64,000 nucleotides of DNA from a virus: the IMG/VR virus record IMGVR_UViG_3300042305_001986, positions 54,537 to 118,536 of that record. One strand, written 5' to 3'. Below the pieces are notes generated by a model. That model ran no database searches, was not told the origin of the DNA, and saw nothing but the letters and a program-made list of their open reading frames with translations. The position numbers and the translations under genes are program-made. Positions 47,044 through 57,085 of the stretch are shown here, piece after piece (positions within the stretch are counted from its first letter, which is position 1; every line of letters starts with the position of its first letter).

Positions 47044-47439
47044 ATGAAAACATACGATATAGTAGTTATTTTTGGCGGTTTTGATCCCATCCATAGAGGA
47101 CATATCAATTTATTCAGAGCCGCAAAACATATGGGATATAAAGTCATCTTGGGATTGAATTCTGACGAATGGTTGGTTTCAAAAAATGGTAAAGTAAATT
47201 ATTGTTGGGCTGACAGGTCCCACATTCTCCGTGCAGTTAAGTACATAGATGAAGTTATTCATTTCAACGATATGGACGGAACTGCTGTAGATCTATTAAC
47301 AAAAGTCAAACAACTCTATCCAACCATGAAAATTGCATTTGCAAATGGTGGAGATATGGATGAAGATATTCTACCTGAAAAAGGTTTCTGTAATGCCTAT
47401 GGAATTGATATGTTGTGGAATGTTGGTCATAAAAAATAA
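47044..47439 (+). CDS. Cytidylyltransferase-like (HxGH) nucleotidyltransferase
   Basis: GGFDPIHRGH, GLNSD.WL..K.G, FANGGD. Confidence 0.85.
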   Translation: MKTYDIVVIFGGFDPIHRGHINLFRAAKHMGYKVILGLNSDEWLVSKNGKVNYCWADRSHILRAVKYIDEVIHFNDMDGTAVDLLTKVKQLYPTMKIAFANGGDMDEDILPEKGFCNAYGIDMLWNVGHKK

Positions 47440-47558
47440 GACGAATTGAATATAAATTCAGACGAACAAAGTTCATATACATTATCTTTTAAAACAAATT
47501 TAGTCATTTTCAAGAATTAATAAAATCCCGATATATTTATAAATAAAATTTATTGGGG

Positions 47559-48179
47559 ATGGAATTCTATGATTATTTTGTGATTTTTATGACATCAATT
47601 ACATCAATAATTGTTGCGTTGATTGGTAAAGATTATTTCAGAAAAAAAGAAGATAAGAAGAGAAAGGAAAAATCCAAAGAGGATTTGATGGAGCAGATCG
47701 AAAGAGATGAGATTATTCATTTAGCGTTAAGAGATGTAAGAAGACAATTTCACGCAGATAGAATTTATATTTGGCAATTCCATAACGGAGGAAATTTTTA
47801 TACCGAATCATCTATGCAAAAAGCATCAATCACTTATGAAAGATGTTCTGAAGGGTTAGAAAGAAAATCAGAAAAATATCAAGGTGTTCTTGTTAGTTTA
47901 TTTGCTTGGTATATGAAACAAGTTATGATGAATGAATCTTACTTTTTGGATATGGAAGAAATCGAAGATATTGGAATTCGTTCTCTATGTACAGGAAATG
48001 GAACCAAGTCCCACGTGGCAACACCGATGTTCGATGATAAGAACCATTTGATTGGTATCCTATGTATGGATTGGGTATTCAGTTCTATACCTTCAGAAAT
48101 TGTTACAGACGGAAAGTTTAATCAAGAATTTATTCAAGAAGTAACACAACTTTCAGCATCACTCAAAACATATTTGTGA
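47559..48179 (+). CDS. Single-TM GAF-like protein (T4 holin T-like architecture)
   Basis: N-terminal TM then ADRIYIWQFHNGG...LIGILCMDW; late motif upstream. Confidence 0.55.
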   Translation: MEFYDYFVIFMTSITSIIVALIGKDYFRKKEDKKRKEKSKEDLMEQIERDEIIHLALRDVRRQFHADRIYIWQFHNGGNFYTESSMQKASITYERCSEGLERKSEKYQGVLVSLFAWYMKQVMMNESYFLDMEEIEDIGIRSLCTGNGTKSHVATPMFDDKNHLIGILCMDWVFSSIPSEIVTDGKFNQEFIQEVTQLSASLKTYL

Positions 48180-48201
48180 TATTTATATTCAAATATATGT
48201 T

Positions 48202-48864
48202 ATGAATAAGAAGGTTCTTGTTAAATATTTAAATTTATTATATAGTGAAGGTCATATCACCAAAGATACTTGGAATAGTTGGGATTTATATGAAATAGAA
48301 GCTTTACCTAGTATTTTAAAATCAGTACCCTTTTGGGATGAGTGGTTTGTAGTAGCTTTATTAAAAATTAATAAAAAAAATATAATAGATGGCACTCTTT
48401 CAGAAGACAACGTAATAATTCCTGAAAAAAAACTCTATAGGTTACATTATGTTGTAAAAGAAAATCTGTATCAAGGAACTTATTATGAAGATACAGTAGA
48501 GGGTTACGATAAAGAACAAGTTGAACATTACTTTCACTCCAGTGACTTTGAATATTGGGAGGGATCTTCTTTCGATACAGAAACTTATGATTCTGTTGTT
48601 TCTGGTATTGAATTAGAGGATGTTATTCCATTAAAAAATAATAATATTAATGAATCATCGGAGGAAGTAGAGGAAAAGCCATACGGAGAATGTAATTTCT
48701 CTGCAGATGAATTCATCAACTGTGTTCAAAATCATTCTGATTTGGAAACTCTTTATATGATGAGAACAATAATAGACGATGAGATTGAAAGATTCGAAAG
48801 AATGATTTCTATTGCTAAAAATTCAGATAGAGAACCCATAGGTTTCAAATTCGGTAAAAAATAA
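48202..48864 (+). CDS. Hypothetical late protein
   Basis: 220 aa; TATTTAT at 48180. Confidence 0.6.
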   Translation: MNKKVLVKYLNLLYSEGHITKDTWNSWDLYEIEALPSILKSVPFWDEWFVVALLKINKKNIIDGTLSEDNVIIPEKKLYRLHYVVKENLYQGTYYEDTVEGYDKEQVEHYFHSSDFEYWEGSSFDTETYDSVVSGIELEDVIPLKNNNINESSEEVEEKPYGECNFSADEFINCVQNHSDLETLYMMRTIIDDEIERFERMISIAKNSDREPIGFKFGKK

Positions 48865-51003
48865 TTACCTCATTATTGTAACGTAACCTGATTTTTGAAT
48901 TGGTTTGTTATTCCAAGCAACCCCTGTAATAGTATACACATAAATTCCATCGGAAACAAAGTAGACACTTCCACTATTACTTGCGTTCCACACGGCATCG
49001 GGGTCTTCAGATTCCCAAATCAAACTGCCCCATCTGTTATAGATTTGAGTTTTCCAAGTTCTCCAACAGTCTGACTGAGTAACCACTCTCCAAACATCGT
49101 TTAATCCGTCATTGTTTGGTGTTATAACATTTGGTACGAATGTATGTAAATCCGCTTCCTCACAAATATCAATTTCATAAATACAAGTCCCATCGTCAGA
49201 GTTTGCAAATGGATCAAAGTTAAGGGCCGTTGGATCGGTACAACCAAATATAATTTCAGGATCGTATGTACAAGATCCATCTTCTATGTTCGCATTTGGG
49301 TTGTAGTTATTTGCTTCGGGATCCGTACAACCAAAAATATCATAATTACATGATCCATCATCAGTATTGGCATTTGGATCATAGTTATTTGCTAATTGGT
49401 CAGTACATCCGAAAATCAAAATTGGGTCGTAAGTACAAGAACCATCGTCAACAGTTGCGTTAGGGTTATAATTATTTGCCGATGGATCAGTACATCCAAA
49501 GACATCATATAAACAAGATCCGTCATCTGTATTTGCATCAGGATTGAAGTTATTCGCTAAAGGATCGGTACAACCAAAAACATCATAAGTACAAGAACCA
49601 TCGTCAACAGTTGCATTTGGATTATAATTATTCGCCAAAGGATCCATACAACCTGGAACGGGCATAATACAAGATCCGTCATCAACCGTTGCAAAAGGAT
49701 CATAGTTTATTGCTGAACTTATAGTACAACCATAACAAGGTAAGTCAATTATTGTTACAAAAGAATTATTCGTTACAATTACATCATTCGGTGTTTCGAT
49801 AGAGATAGAAGTAACACCATTTGATGATATACCTCCGTTTACCTCAACCACATAAGTTTGACCAGGTAAAATATTTAAATTAGAAAAACAATATTGTTCA
49901 CCAGGTATACCATCAGGAAGAATATCCAAATTCAAACAGAAATTGGTTATAGTTGTATTACCTTGGTTGGATAGTGTAATGTTCATAGCAGCATATGGTG
50001 AACCTACATCACATCCTATTATGTCGTAAGAAAAGGAATCAATAGATAAGTCAGTAACATCCACAACCGTTTGACAATTCTCATCTACACGAATTATATT
50101 ATCACCAATTGTAACTTCGAACGTATTTGGTGAAATCAAACTGGAACTATTATTTATTTGCCATAATACTACTTCATAACAATTATCGAAATTACCTTGA
50201 TTATAAGATTCTTGAAGACATGTTATTAATGGATAATTTGATGCTTGGTCTAAATCGAGAGTGATTGTATCCCCCAAAACATAATCAGGTAAATAAGATG
50301 AGGTAAAATGAAGATAAGTATGTCCTTGATTAGGAGATGGTCCACAGTTGTCTTCTAACAAACTATTTATACCAATGGTCATGTTATAAAATCCAGGATT
50401 ATTAAGGTTGAAGTTGTTCGGACCAGGTGGATATCCTACAGAAAAACAATTATAATCACTATGGACAACAACATCTAATTCCATTTCAGGTTCTGTCCTG
50501 AAATCATAGAGTTCAAAATTACAATCACAAAATTGATCCTGATTGATATTTGGACAATCATCACTCAAAGGTAGGAATGAGTTTATGGTTTGAGCATTTA
50601 TAAAACATCCATTCAAGTAAACCATCAAAGGACCATAGTTTGGGTTTGGCCAACCGTTGGGTCCTGTGATTTCATCCCAAAAAGGCCACTCTGTTGCGTT
50701 TTGGGGGGTTGGTATATCAAAAACTGGTGTAGTTATTTGTAAAGTACCATTTGGTTGAATGGGTGCGCTTAAATTGATATTCCAAACGGATTGAGGATTC
50801 ATTGGTGAATCCAACCACCCAAAAGAAAGATGGAATGTCCCGTTTTGAAAAGGTGTAGTTCCATTATTTTTTATTGTAAAACTAAACTTAACACCAGGAT
50901 CAACATCTATCTTTTGGAGTGTTCCAGGTTGGATAATAACATCACATTGGGAGTATAAATTAACACCTAATATTAAAAATAGTATGGATAGTAATATCCT
51001 CAC
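48865..51003 (-). CDS. Secreted protein with GCTDP repeats and T9SS type-B (CHU_C-like) C-terminal domain
   Basis: Signal peptide; CARDB-like domain; 7 GCxDPxAxNYxPxAxxDDGSC repeats; VPNVITPNNDGLNDVW...IYNRWG...DGIYVY...KSGYVTIMR. Confidence 0.85.
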   Translation of the reverse strand: MRILLSILFLILGVNLYSQCDVIIQPGTLQKIDVDPGVKFSFTIKNNGTTPFQNGTFHLSFGWLDSPMNPQSVWNINLSAPIQPNGTLQITTPVFDIPTPQNATEWPFWDEITGPNGWPNPNYGPLMVYLNGCFINAQTINSFLPLSDDCPNINQDQFCDCNFELYDFRTEPEMELDVVVHSDYNCFSVGYPPGPNNFNLNNPGFYNMTIGINSLLEDNCGPSPNQGHTYLHFTSSYLPDYVLGDTITLDLDQASNYPLITCLQESYNQGNFDNCYEVVLWQINNSSSLISPNTFEVTIGDNIIRVDENCQTVVDVTDLSIDSFSYDIIGCDVGSPYAAMNITLSNQGNTTITNFCLNLDILPDGIPGEQYCFSNLNILPGQTYVVEVNGGISSNGVTSISIETPNDVIVTNNSFVTIIDLPCYGCTISSAINYDPFATVDDGSCIMPVPGCMDPLANNYNPNATVDDGSCTYDVFGCTDPLANNFNPDANTDDGSCLYDVFGCTDPSANNYNPNATVDDGSCTYDPILIFGCTDQLANNYDPNANTDDGSCNYDIFGCTDPEANNYNPNANIEDGSCTYDPEIIFGCTDPTALNFDPFANSDDGTCIYEIDICEEADLHTFVPNVITPNNDGLNDVWRVVTQSDCWRTWKTQIYNRWGSLIWESEDPDAVWNASNSGSVYFVSDGIYVYTITGVAWNNKPIQKSGYVTIMR

Positions 51004-51308
51004 TTGAACATTTCTTTGGTAATTTTATAGGTTTCATCTAATTCAGCTTCAATCATTAAAACCTTTTTTGTACTATCACCCTCCTGAATATAAACTTCTC
51101 TAATTATGTAAGGAACTCCGTTAACAGTTGTGTCTACTTTACCCAACTCAATAATTGAATACCATCTATTAGCAGGAGTTTGACCATCCCATTCTAATAC
51201 GAGTACAGGTTCAATCGTCCAATCCTGTGGTTTTGATTGAATGTCTTCTAAGGTAATACAAGAAGATAGAAAAATCACTGATAACACTATCAATATAATG
51301 TTTTTCAT
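51000..51308 (-). CDS. Lipoprotein
   Basis: LSSC lipobox. Confidence 0.7.
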   Translation of the reverse strand: MKNIILIVLSVIFLSSCITLEDIQSKPQDWTIEPVLVLEWDGQTPANRWYSIIELGKVDTTVNGVPYIIREVYIQEGDSTKKVLMIEAELDETYKITKEMFK

Positions 51309-51940
51309 GATTTAATAATTTTTTCAGTTTTAACTGATCCATCTTCAAAAGTTATTTTCTTAATATAAATTCTGTTATTTTGTAAGGTTTCAAAGTTTAC
51401 TTTTATACCCAACAAGTCAAAATATTCAACAGAACTTACATGGATAACCGATGATATTGTTTCAACAGATGAAACTATTTCATCACAGAATCCATCTCCA
51501 TCATCATCAATACATCCATCTTCGTCCATATGAATTTCAACAAACAACATATTATCATTAGGATGGTCGTCGATACCAACACACGGCCCAAAGTTTGGGT
51601 TAAAGTTATTTAACGCAATAATTCTAAAGACATAAGTCCAAGAACCTTGGGGTACTGAAATCTCAGGCATTGTAAGTGTTGTAACCTCATCCGGTTGTAA
51701 CACACCCCCCCACGCCGAAGAACTGAACGGCCAAATACTTTGAGTGTCCTCCAAGAGACCCCATTGAATTTGAGCAGTTGTGATCGGTTCAGTTCCAACG
51801 TTTTTAATGGTTAGAATTGGTTGTGGATTAGTTGTTTGTGAATTGAACTCTACGTTTTGTAGATGTAAATCACAGGGTGCTTGGGACTTTAAAAAATTTG
51901 TCGCAGACACCAAAAGAATTGTAAAAATCAAATGTTTCAT
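51305..51940 (-). CDS. Secreted CARDB-like protein with T9SS type-A-like CTD
   Basis: Signal peptide; IKNVGT.PIT; C-terminal YFDLLG...IYIKK...DG...EKIIK. Confidence 0.7.
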   Translation of the reverse strand: MKHLIFTILLVSATNFLKSQAPCDLHLQNVEFNSQTTNPQPILTIKNVGTEPITTAQIQWGLLEDTQSIWPFSSSAWGGVLQPDEVTTLTMPEISVPQGSWTYVFRIIALNNFNPNFGPCVGIDDHPNDNMLFVEIHMDEDGCIDDDGDGFCDEIVSSVETISSVIHVSSVEYFDLLGIKVNFETLQNNRIYIKKITFEDGSVKTEKIIKS

Positions 51941-52042
51941 TTTGTTCCTTTTTTTATATAAATATCTGACAAAGTATGATTATATATTTTTTCCATATTA
52001 AGATTAAATCAAAATCAAAAATATTTATAAATAAAAAAGGGA

Positions 52043-52294
52043 ATGATTGAATACTTCAAAGAAATGATGAGAGACCAAGATGGTCAGTTTTCATCAAAAA
52101 GATTTGTAACAGTAGGAGCGTTTTTACTCCTGTCTGTTGCTTTTTTAGTTGACGTTTTTATGGAAATTGACATCCCTGAATATGTTTGGGATGATATGAT
52201 GTATGTAGTTGCCGCCGGTATCGGATTCACCGCATCGGAAAGATTTACAAAAGTAATGGAAAGAAAAAAAGAGGAGGAAACCCCCCCTCTTTGA
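52043..52294 (+). CDS. Small two-TM protein, holin-like
   Basis: FSSKRF motif, two TM helices; TATTTAT at 52022. Confidence 0.55.
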   Translation: MIEYFKEMMRDQDGQFSSKRFVTVGAFLLLSVAFLVDVFMEIDIPEYVWDDMMYVVAAGIGFTASERFTKVMERKKEEETPPL

Positions 52295-52316
52295 ATTATT
52301 GGAAATTAGAATCAGA

Positions 52317-54416
52317 TCAATTCAAATGAACTTTGTGAGTTCTGATTGTGCCATTTCTAAAATGTATATTAACTAAGTAAACACCTGATGATGTGATCTT
52401 GTTAATATCTATTTCTCTACCCAAAATATCATAGACAATAATTTTTTGAACAACATCCAACTTAATAAGTTCGATAATGCCAGTAACAGTATTTAATGAA
52501 CTTAAAGGTACCCCATCACAAGAATATCCAAAGATGGGATATTGACATTCAAAGTTTTCAGTTGCTTCTTCATTGTAATTACATGAGGTTGGATCCACAC
52601 AACCCAAAATTTCCAATTGGTCACAAATACCGTCAAGATCAATATCCAAGTTGCAACCACCAAAACAATCATAAACTTCACCACTGTAATAACATTCTCC
52701 TGAATCCATGTTGGCCACCGGATTAAAATTACAAGCAATAGGATCAGTACATCCTAAGATCTGTAAAATTTCGTCATAATCACAAATCCAATTAAAATTA
52801 CTATCAACACAAGTTTCAGCATCAACATCATCCAAACAAAAATTAATTACAAGTGGAGTTCCACTATTGGGTCCATAATATTGGATTGTTTGACCGTCAC
52901 CACTCAATAATTCCATAAAACCTATATCACTTAAGGGATCTTGAATTGTTAAGGTATAACAGCCAGCGGGTAGGCAATTAATTTCAAAATAAGGCAAAGT
53001 GTCGGCATTTGGATAATTCCCTCCCTCCCACACAACTTGATCATTTTCATCTGTGAATTGCCAATTTATCCAATTACCAAAATAATCAGTTGATATCACC
53101 AACGTGACTTCTTGTGATGGTTCAGAAATAAAATATTTGTCAACTTGGTTATCTTCGGTGTAAAAATCTTCAGTTACTAAACTAAAATTAATAGTTCCAC
53201 TCATATAGTCATTTGCCACCGAAGGAAAAGTCAAAATAACATAGTCACCAGTTTCAAAACTTTGATTTGATTCCCATGTCATAGTATGATTATACCCTGT
53301 CTCTGAAACATTACAAGACACTTGAAATGAATTGATTGAATTACCACCGGTATTTGTAATTCTTACTTGTGGTATAATTGATGGTGTCTCACAATGTAAA
53401 AAATATGTTGGTTCGGTAAGAGTTAAATTTGTATAGTCCAAAGGAACACATCCATCACTTTCAATTAACCCCTGTCGAGTGTAATGAAATAAACCATAAT
53501 TACTTCTCATTCTTGACTTCTGACCTTGAGTAAACATGTTTCTACAATCCTGATTGGTATAATCCATGTAGTTCTCTTTTTGTGTGATAGAACAATCACT
53601 GAAACTTGGATAACATGATGAATTACTGATGGTCGGTGGAGTATCACATACTTTATCACCCTGTACCACACAATCTGATTCATTTGATGCGTTATAACAA
53701 CTTGTGTAACCTTCGAATGTGTGATATAATCCGAAATAATGACCAACCTCATGAACAAAAACCCTACTTTTGTTGTGGGTTTCTTTTACATTACCAATCG
53801 AACCAACAACATTATGTAAAAGAACAATTCCATCTAAAATACTTGGTGTTGGGAAATACGCATACCCTTGAACTCCTCCGTTTCCATTATTCCCTTGGAT
53901 TTCCGAAACAATCCATACATTCATATACTTACTACGATCCCAACTCGTTGCCGTTTTGATCAAATTTTCTTGGGTACCAGGTTGATTAGGGGCCGAACTA
54001 ATACCATACAAAGGATAATCCACCCATTGGTTACCATTTACTCGATTAATTCCATTTGTGGGAATTCCATTCGGATCCCTCCGAGCCAAACAAAGTTCAA
54101 TTTCAGTATCAACCCCATCACCATCACCATTTGTTCCTGGTATCTTCCTTAAATCTTCATTTACAATTCTAAGAGCGTCCAATATCTGTTCATCAGAAAT
54201 GTTTGTTCCAACACCTACATCTTCACCCAAGTGGATGACATGAAACACAACAGGAATGGTGAATATTTGATCTCTATTTCCTTGGTAAGTGGGTCCATGA
54301 TACGCAACCGTATCAATCATTCCCATCATTTTAATGTGGTCAAATCCACATGGGTCTGATTGTGAAAATCCCACTAAAGAAATGAGAGTGAATAACGTAA
54401 AAAAGATTTTTTTCAT
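52317..54416 (-). CDS. Secreted M43 (pappalysin/ulilysin-like) zinc metalloprotease with T9SS type-A-like CTD
   Basis: IPVVFHVI, HEVGHYFGLYHTF, D.VCDTP, NYMDY, FT.GQ..RM; GCTDP repeats; VYDILGR...GVYLV. Confidence 0.88.
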   Translation of the reverse strand: MKKIFFTLFTLISLVGFSQSDPCGFDHIKMMGMIDTVAYHGPTYQGNRDQIFTIPVVFHVIHLGEDVGVGTNISDEQILDALRIVNEDLRKIPGTNGDGDGVDTEIELCLARRDPNGIPTNGINRVNGNQWVDYPLYGISSAPNQPGTQENLIKTATSWDRSKYMNVWIVSEIQGNNGNGGVQGYAYFPTPSILDGIVLLHNVVGSIGNVKETHNKSRVFVHEVGHYFGLYHTFEGYTSCYNASNESDCVVQGDKVCDTPPTISNSSCYPSFSDCSITQKENYMDYTNQDCRNMFTQGQKSRMRSNYGLFHYTRQGLIESDGCVPLDYTNLTLTEPTYFLHCETPSIIPQVRITNTGGNSINSFQVSCNVSETGYNHTMTWESNQSFETGDYVILTFPSVANDYMSGTINFSLVTEDFYTEDNQVDKYFISEPSQEVTLVISTDYFGNWINWQFTDENDQVVWEGGNYPNADTLPYFEINCLPAGCYTLTIQDPLSDIGFMELLSGDGQTIQYYGPNSGTPLVINFCLDDVDAETCVDSNFNWICDYDEILQILGCTDPIACNFNPVANMDSGECYYSGEVYDCFGGCNLDIDLDGICDQLEILGCVDPTSCNYNEEATENFECQYPIFGYSCDGVPLSSLNTVTGIIELIKLDVVQKIIVYDILGREIDINKITSSGVYLVNIHFRNGTIRTHKVHLN

Positions 54417-54480
54417 AACTGTGATTCTCTATAATCACAAATATACAAAAAAAAAGTAAAGGACAAAAAAAATTTTGAAA

Positions 54481-54984
54481 TTATCTCCTAACATTACCAT
54501 TGACGGTAACAAGAAGATCCACAAACTGATTGTCCAAATATTCAGGAGAGTTGACTCTCTTGGATGGATCATGATCAGGGCCATTGATAAAAGGTTTGTC
54601 CGTAACATAATTAACACCTCTTAAAAGGTCTCCTCCGTGATTCTGAAGGAACTTCTTAGTCCAATGACATCTTCTCTTTGCCATTGCGCCAGGTGGGTGA
54701 ACCTGATCTTCACCTCTAACACTAACAACGTTTGGAGTTTTGGACTCACCACCCTTGAGTTTAATGGTTACAACACCATCCTCATAACGATCTAATTCTC
54801 TTCTGATATCATCAATAAGTTCAAGAAGTTCTCTTTGATCTCTATCTTCAAGTTCGTATTGGTTAGGTTTAAAATATTTTTTGAAGTTTTTGGTCCATTT
54901 AACATCGTGCTTGTTGGACTCGGTGATGACCCTGTCAACAATTTTTCTCAAATCACTTTCGTTAAGTTTTATAACTTTTGGCAT
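54481..54984 (-). CDS. Late protein with OmpA-C-like domain
   Basis: IKLNESDLRKIVDRVITES N-term; F.PNQYEL...I.LKGGES...N...PGAMAKRR resembles the 10756 gene. Confidence 0.5.
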   Translation of the reverse strand: MPKVIKLNESDLRKIVDRVITESNKHDVKWTKNFKKYFKPNQYELEDRDQRELLELIDDIRRELDRYEDGVVTIKLKGGESKTPNVVSVRGEDQVHPPGAMAKRRCHWTKKFLQNHGGDLLRGVNYVTDKPFINGPDHDPSKRVNSPEYLDNQFVDLLVTVNGNVRR

Positions 54985-55150
54985 GACAAATCTTTTTGTT
55001 ATAAATATATTAATTCTTTGATTAAAATTTGGATTCCTAATAAATTTAGATTATATTTGTAGAAAATAAACTTACATGACAACATTCCTGATAATTTTAA
55101 TTTCTGCGGTTGCGGCACTTTTGGGATTGAAAGTTTTTTATTTTGAAAAG

Positions 55151-55346
55151 GATGAAGGTTAATATTGAAGAATCAATCAAAAACTACAAGTACAAGAAGT
55201 TTGATCATCTCGTCCCTGAAGGATTTGTTTTGATTCCTGAAACTATGCTAGAAGAGTTACAAGATTTTGATGTTTGGAAAGAATGGAAAAATAATTTAGA
55301 TTTTTTTCAACAACTAATTAGGAAACACATCGATATGATGGATTAA
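55151..55346 (+). CDS. Small hypothetical protein
   Basis: About 64-aa ORF followed by terminator. Confidence 0.5.
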
Positions 55347-55376
55347 AAAAAGGTGGTCATTTGACCACCTTTTTTT
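55345..55376. terminator. Bidirectional intrinsic terminator
   Basis: A7-GGTGGTCA-TT-TGACCACC-T7. Confidence 0.8.
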
Positions 55377-55457
55377 ATATTTTTTTAAACTATTAAATCC
55401 ATTGTTAAAAATACAACACTCTAAACATTTGATATAAAAATCGACATATTCTTTTTC

Positions 55458-56234
55458 CTAAATTCTCATCCAAGAGTCAATATACACATCCTCAAAATCT
55501 TTAGGACCCTCGTAATTAAACCACTTATTTGGACATATGGTTACCCCTTTTTTTTTAGATAACCAACTTCCCCACCACCCAAAACTACTATTAGATATTA
55601 TTTTATTATCACAATTTGAAATAAGACACAGGTCGGTTATTTCATCCACAAACGGACTATAACTTATATTATCACCAATAAAATTTTTTTTACACCATTC
55701 AATATCATCAGATACGAAAATAAAATGAGTATCTGATCCAATTATATTCATAGCTTTTTCGTAAAAACTCTTATCACAAACCATGTGATAATTACTTAAT
55801 TTAAGATAATCTCCCCGTCTTACTTGAATCACACAAGTATTTCCATCGAAAGAATTCAAATAAGTTTCTACCACTTTTGTTATTGATTCTTGATGTTCAA
55901 AAAGATTTTTTATAATATCTTTTATATTGAAAAAATATTTTTCAGACTGAAAATATCCTACAAGACAGATATTATCTTCTTTTGGTAACTCTTGATACGA
56001 AAACGTATTTTCTCTATAAAATTTAATATTTGGTATGGAGTGTATACTTTCGATCGTTTTAACTTTTTTATAAAAGTTGTCTTTGTATTTATTAGCCGTT
56101 TTTCCTTGTTGTGGAGTATGACAGTGATTCAAATCAAAACCATATTCCATACCGTATTTGATTGCGTGACCCATAGTCGACGCTATTTGAAACATCTGAT
56201 TACCTAGTCCACCCTGTAATTGACATGTGATCAT
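55458..56234 (-). CDS. GT11 alpha-1,2-fucosyltransferase-like
   Basis: GGLGNQMFQ, GYFQSEKYF, VRRGDY, NSSFGWWG. Confidence 0.88.
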   Translation of the reverse strand: MITCQLQGGLGNQMFQIASTMGHAIKYGMEYGFDLNHCHTPQQGKTANKYKDNFYKKVKTIESIHSIPNIKFYRENTFSYQELPKEDNICLVGYFQSEKYFFNIKDIIKNLFEHQESITKVVETYLNSFDGNTCVIQVRRGDYLKLSNYHMVCDKSFYEKAMNIIGSDTHFIFVSDDIEWCKKNFIGDNISYSPFVDEITDLCLISNCDNKIISNSSFGWWGSWLSKKKGVTICPNKWFNYEGPKDFEDVYIDSWMRI

Positions 56235-57085
56235 TTGTAATAGTGTTCCATTATTTTTTTTAATATTTGTTCGGGATATTCTCTACTAATATCTACTTTA
56301 ATCAACTTACCTCTAAAAAATGGATCTGTTTCAGATTCAATATTTTTGGCTATATTATTTTTATAATGAGAGTTATTAAATTCCTGATGAGAATAGGATT
56401 CTATTTTTTCAATAATAGTATCAACACCTCCAAAAAAACTGAAATGCCAACCACCATCGTCTATCACTTTATTAGTATATTTGTTTTGTCTGAGATGATT
56501 AAGACTTATATTTTTTAAATTTTTGTATTCACATATTTTAGAACCTGACCAATTATATTCCTTAAATAGATCAAATTGATAACAATACATTTTTTGTTTT
56601 AATTCTATAAAATTATCTTTTGATTCTTGTTTTAAATTATCAAAAATATTAGGATTAGGTATTTCATCCAGGTCTGAAATAATAATAATATCCTGATCAT
56701 TACAATCAATTAATCCTCTCAAAATACACTCTCTTTGGTAAATTTCAACACCCCATTGTATTTGGTTTCTTGACCATCCAGTGGATTCATTCACATATTT
56801 GAAAATCTTATTATTAATAATATCTATATCACAAACTGTATCAGATAAAATAATATTATTAAAATCTGATGGGGTGTCAGTTACTTTTACATATATAATT
56901 TTATCAAGATATTTCTTATATCTTTTTTTATTCAGCTCAAAATTGAATTTTTTATCTTTTGATGTGAAAGTTTTATTAGATTCTACAATAACAAAATAAT
57001 CCACATATTCATTTAAGATGTCTAATCTTAAGTCTAAAATATCTAATTCATTAAAAAAATTAAAACAATCGTATATCTTACTCAT
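56231..57085 (-). CDS. GT17-family glycosyltransferase
   Basis: YDCF.FFNELD.L, VD.FVIVES..TF, SDLDEIP, GGWHFS. Confidence 0.85.
   Translation of the reverse strand: MSKIYDCFNFFNELDILDLRLDILNEYVDYFVIVESNKTFTSKDKKFNFELNKKRYKKYLDKIIYVKVTDTPSDFNNIILSDTVCDIDIINNKIFKYVNESTGWSRNQIQWGVEIYQRECILRGLIDCNDQDIIIISDLDEIPNPNIFDNLKQESKDNFIELKQKMYCYQFDLFKEYNWSGSKICEYKNLKNISLNHLRQNKYTNKVIDDGGWHFSFFGGVDTIIEKIESYSHQEFNNSHYKNNIAKNIESETDPFFRGKLIKVDISREYPEQILKKIMEHYYK

Noticed and set aside
49180-49735. CRISPR-like or DGR repeat
   Set aside because: Degenerate protein-level GCTDP repeats with synonymous variation; no reverse transcriptase in window.
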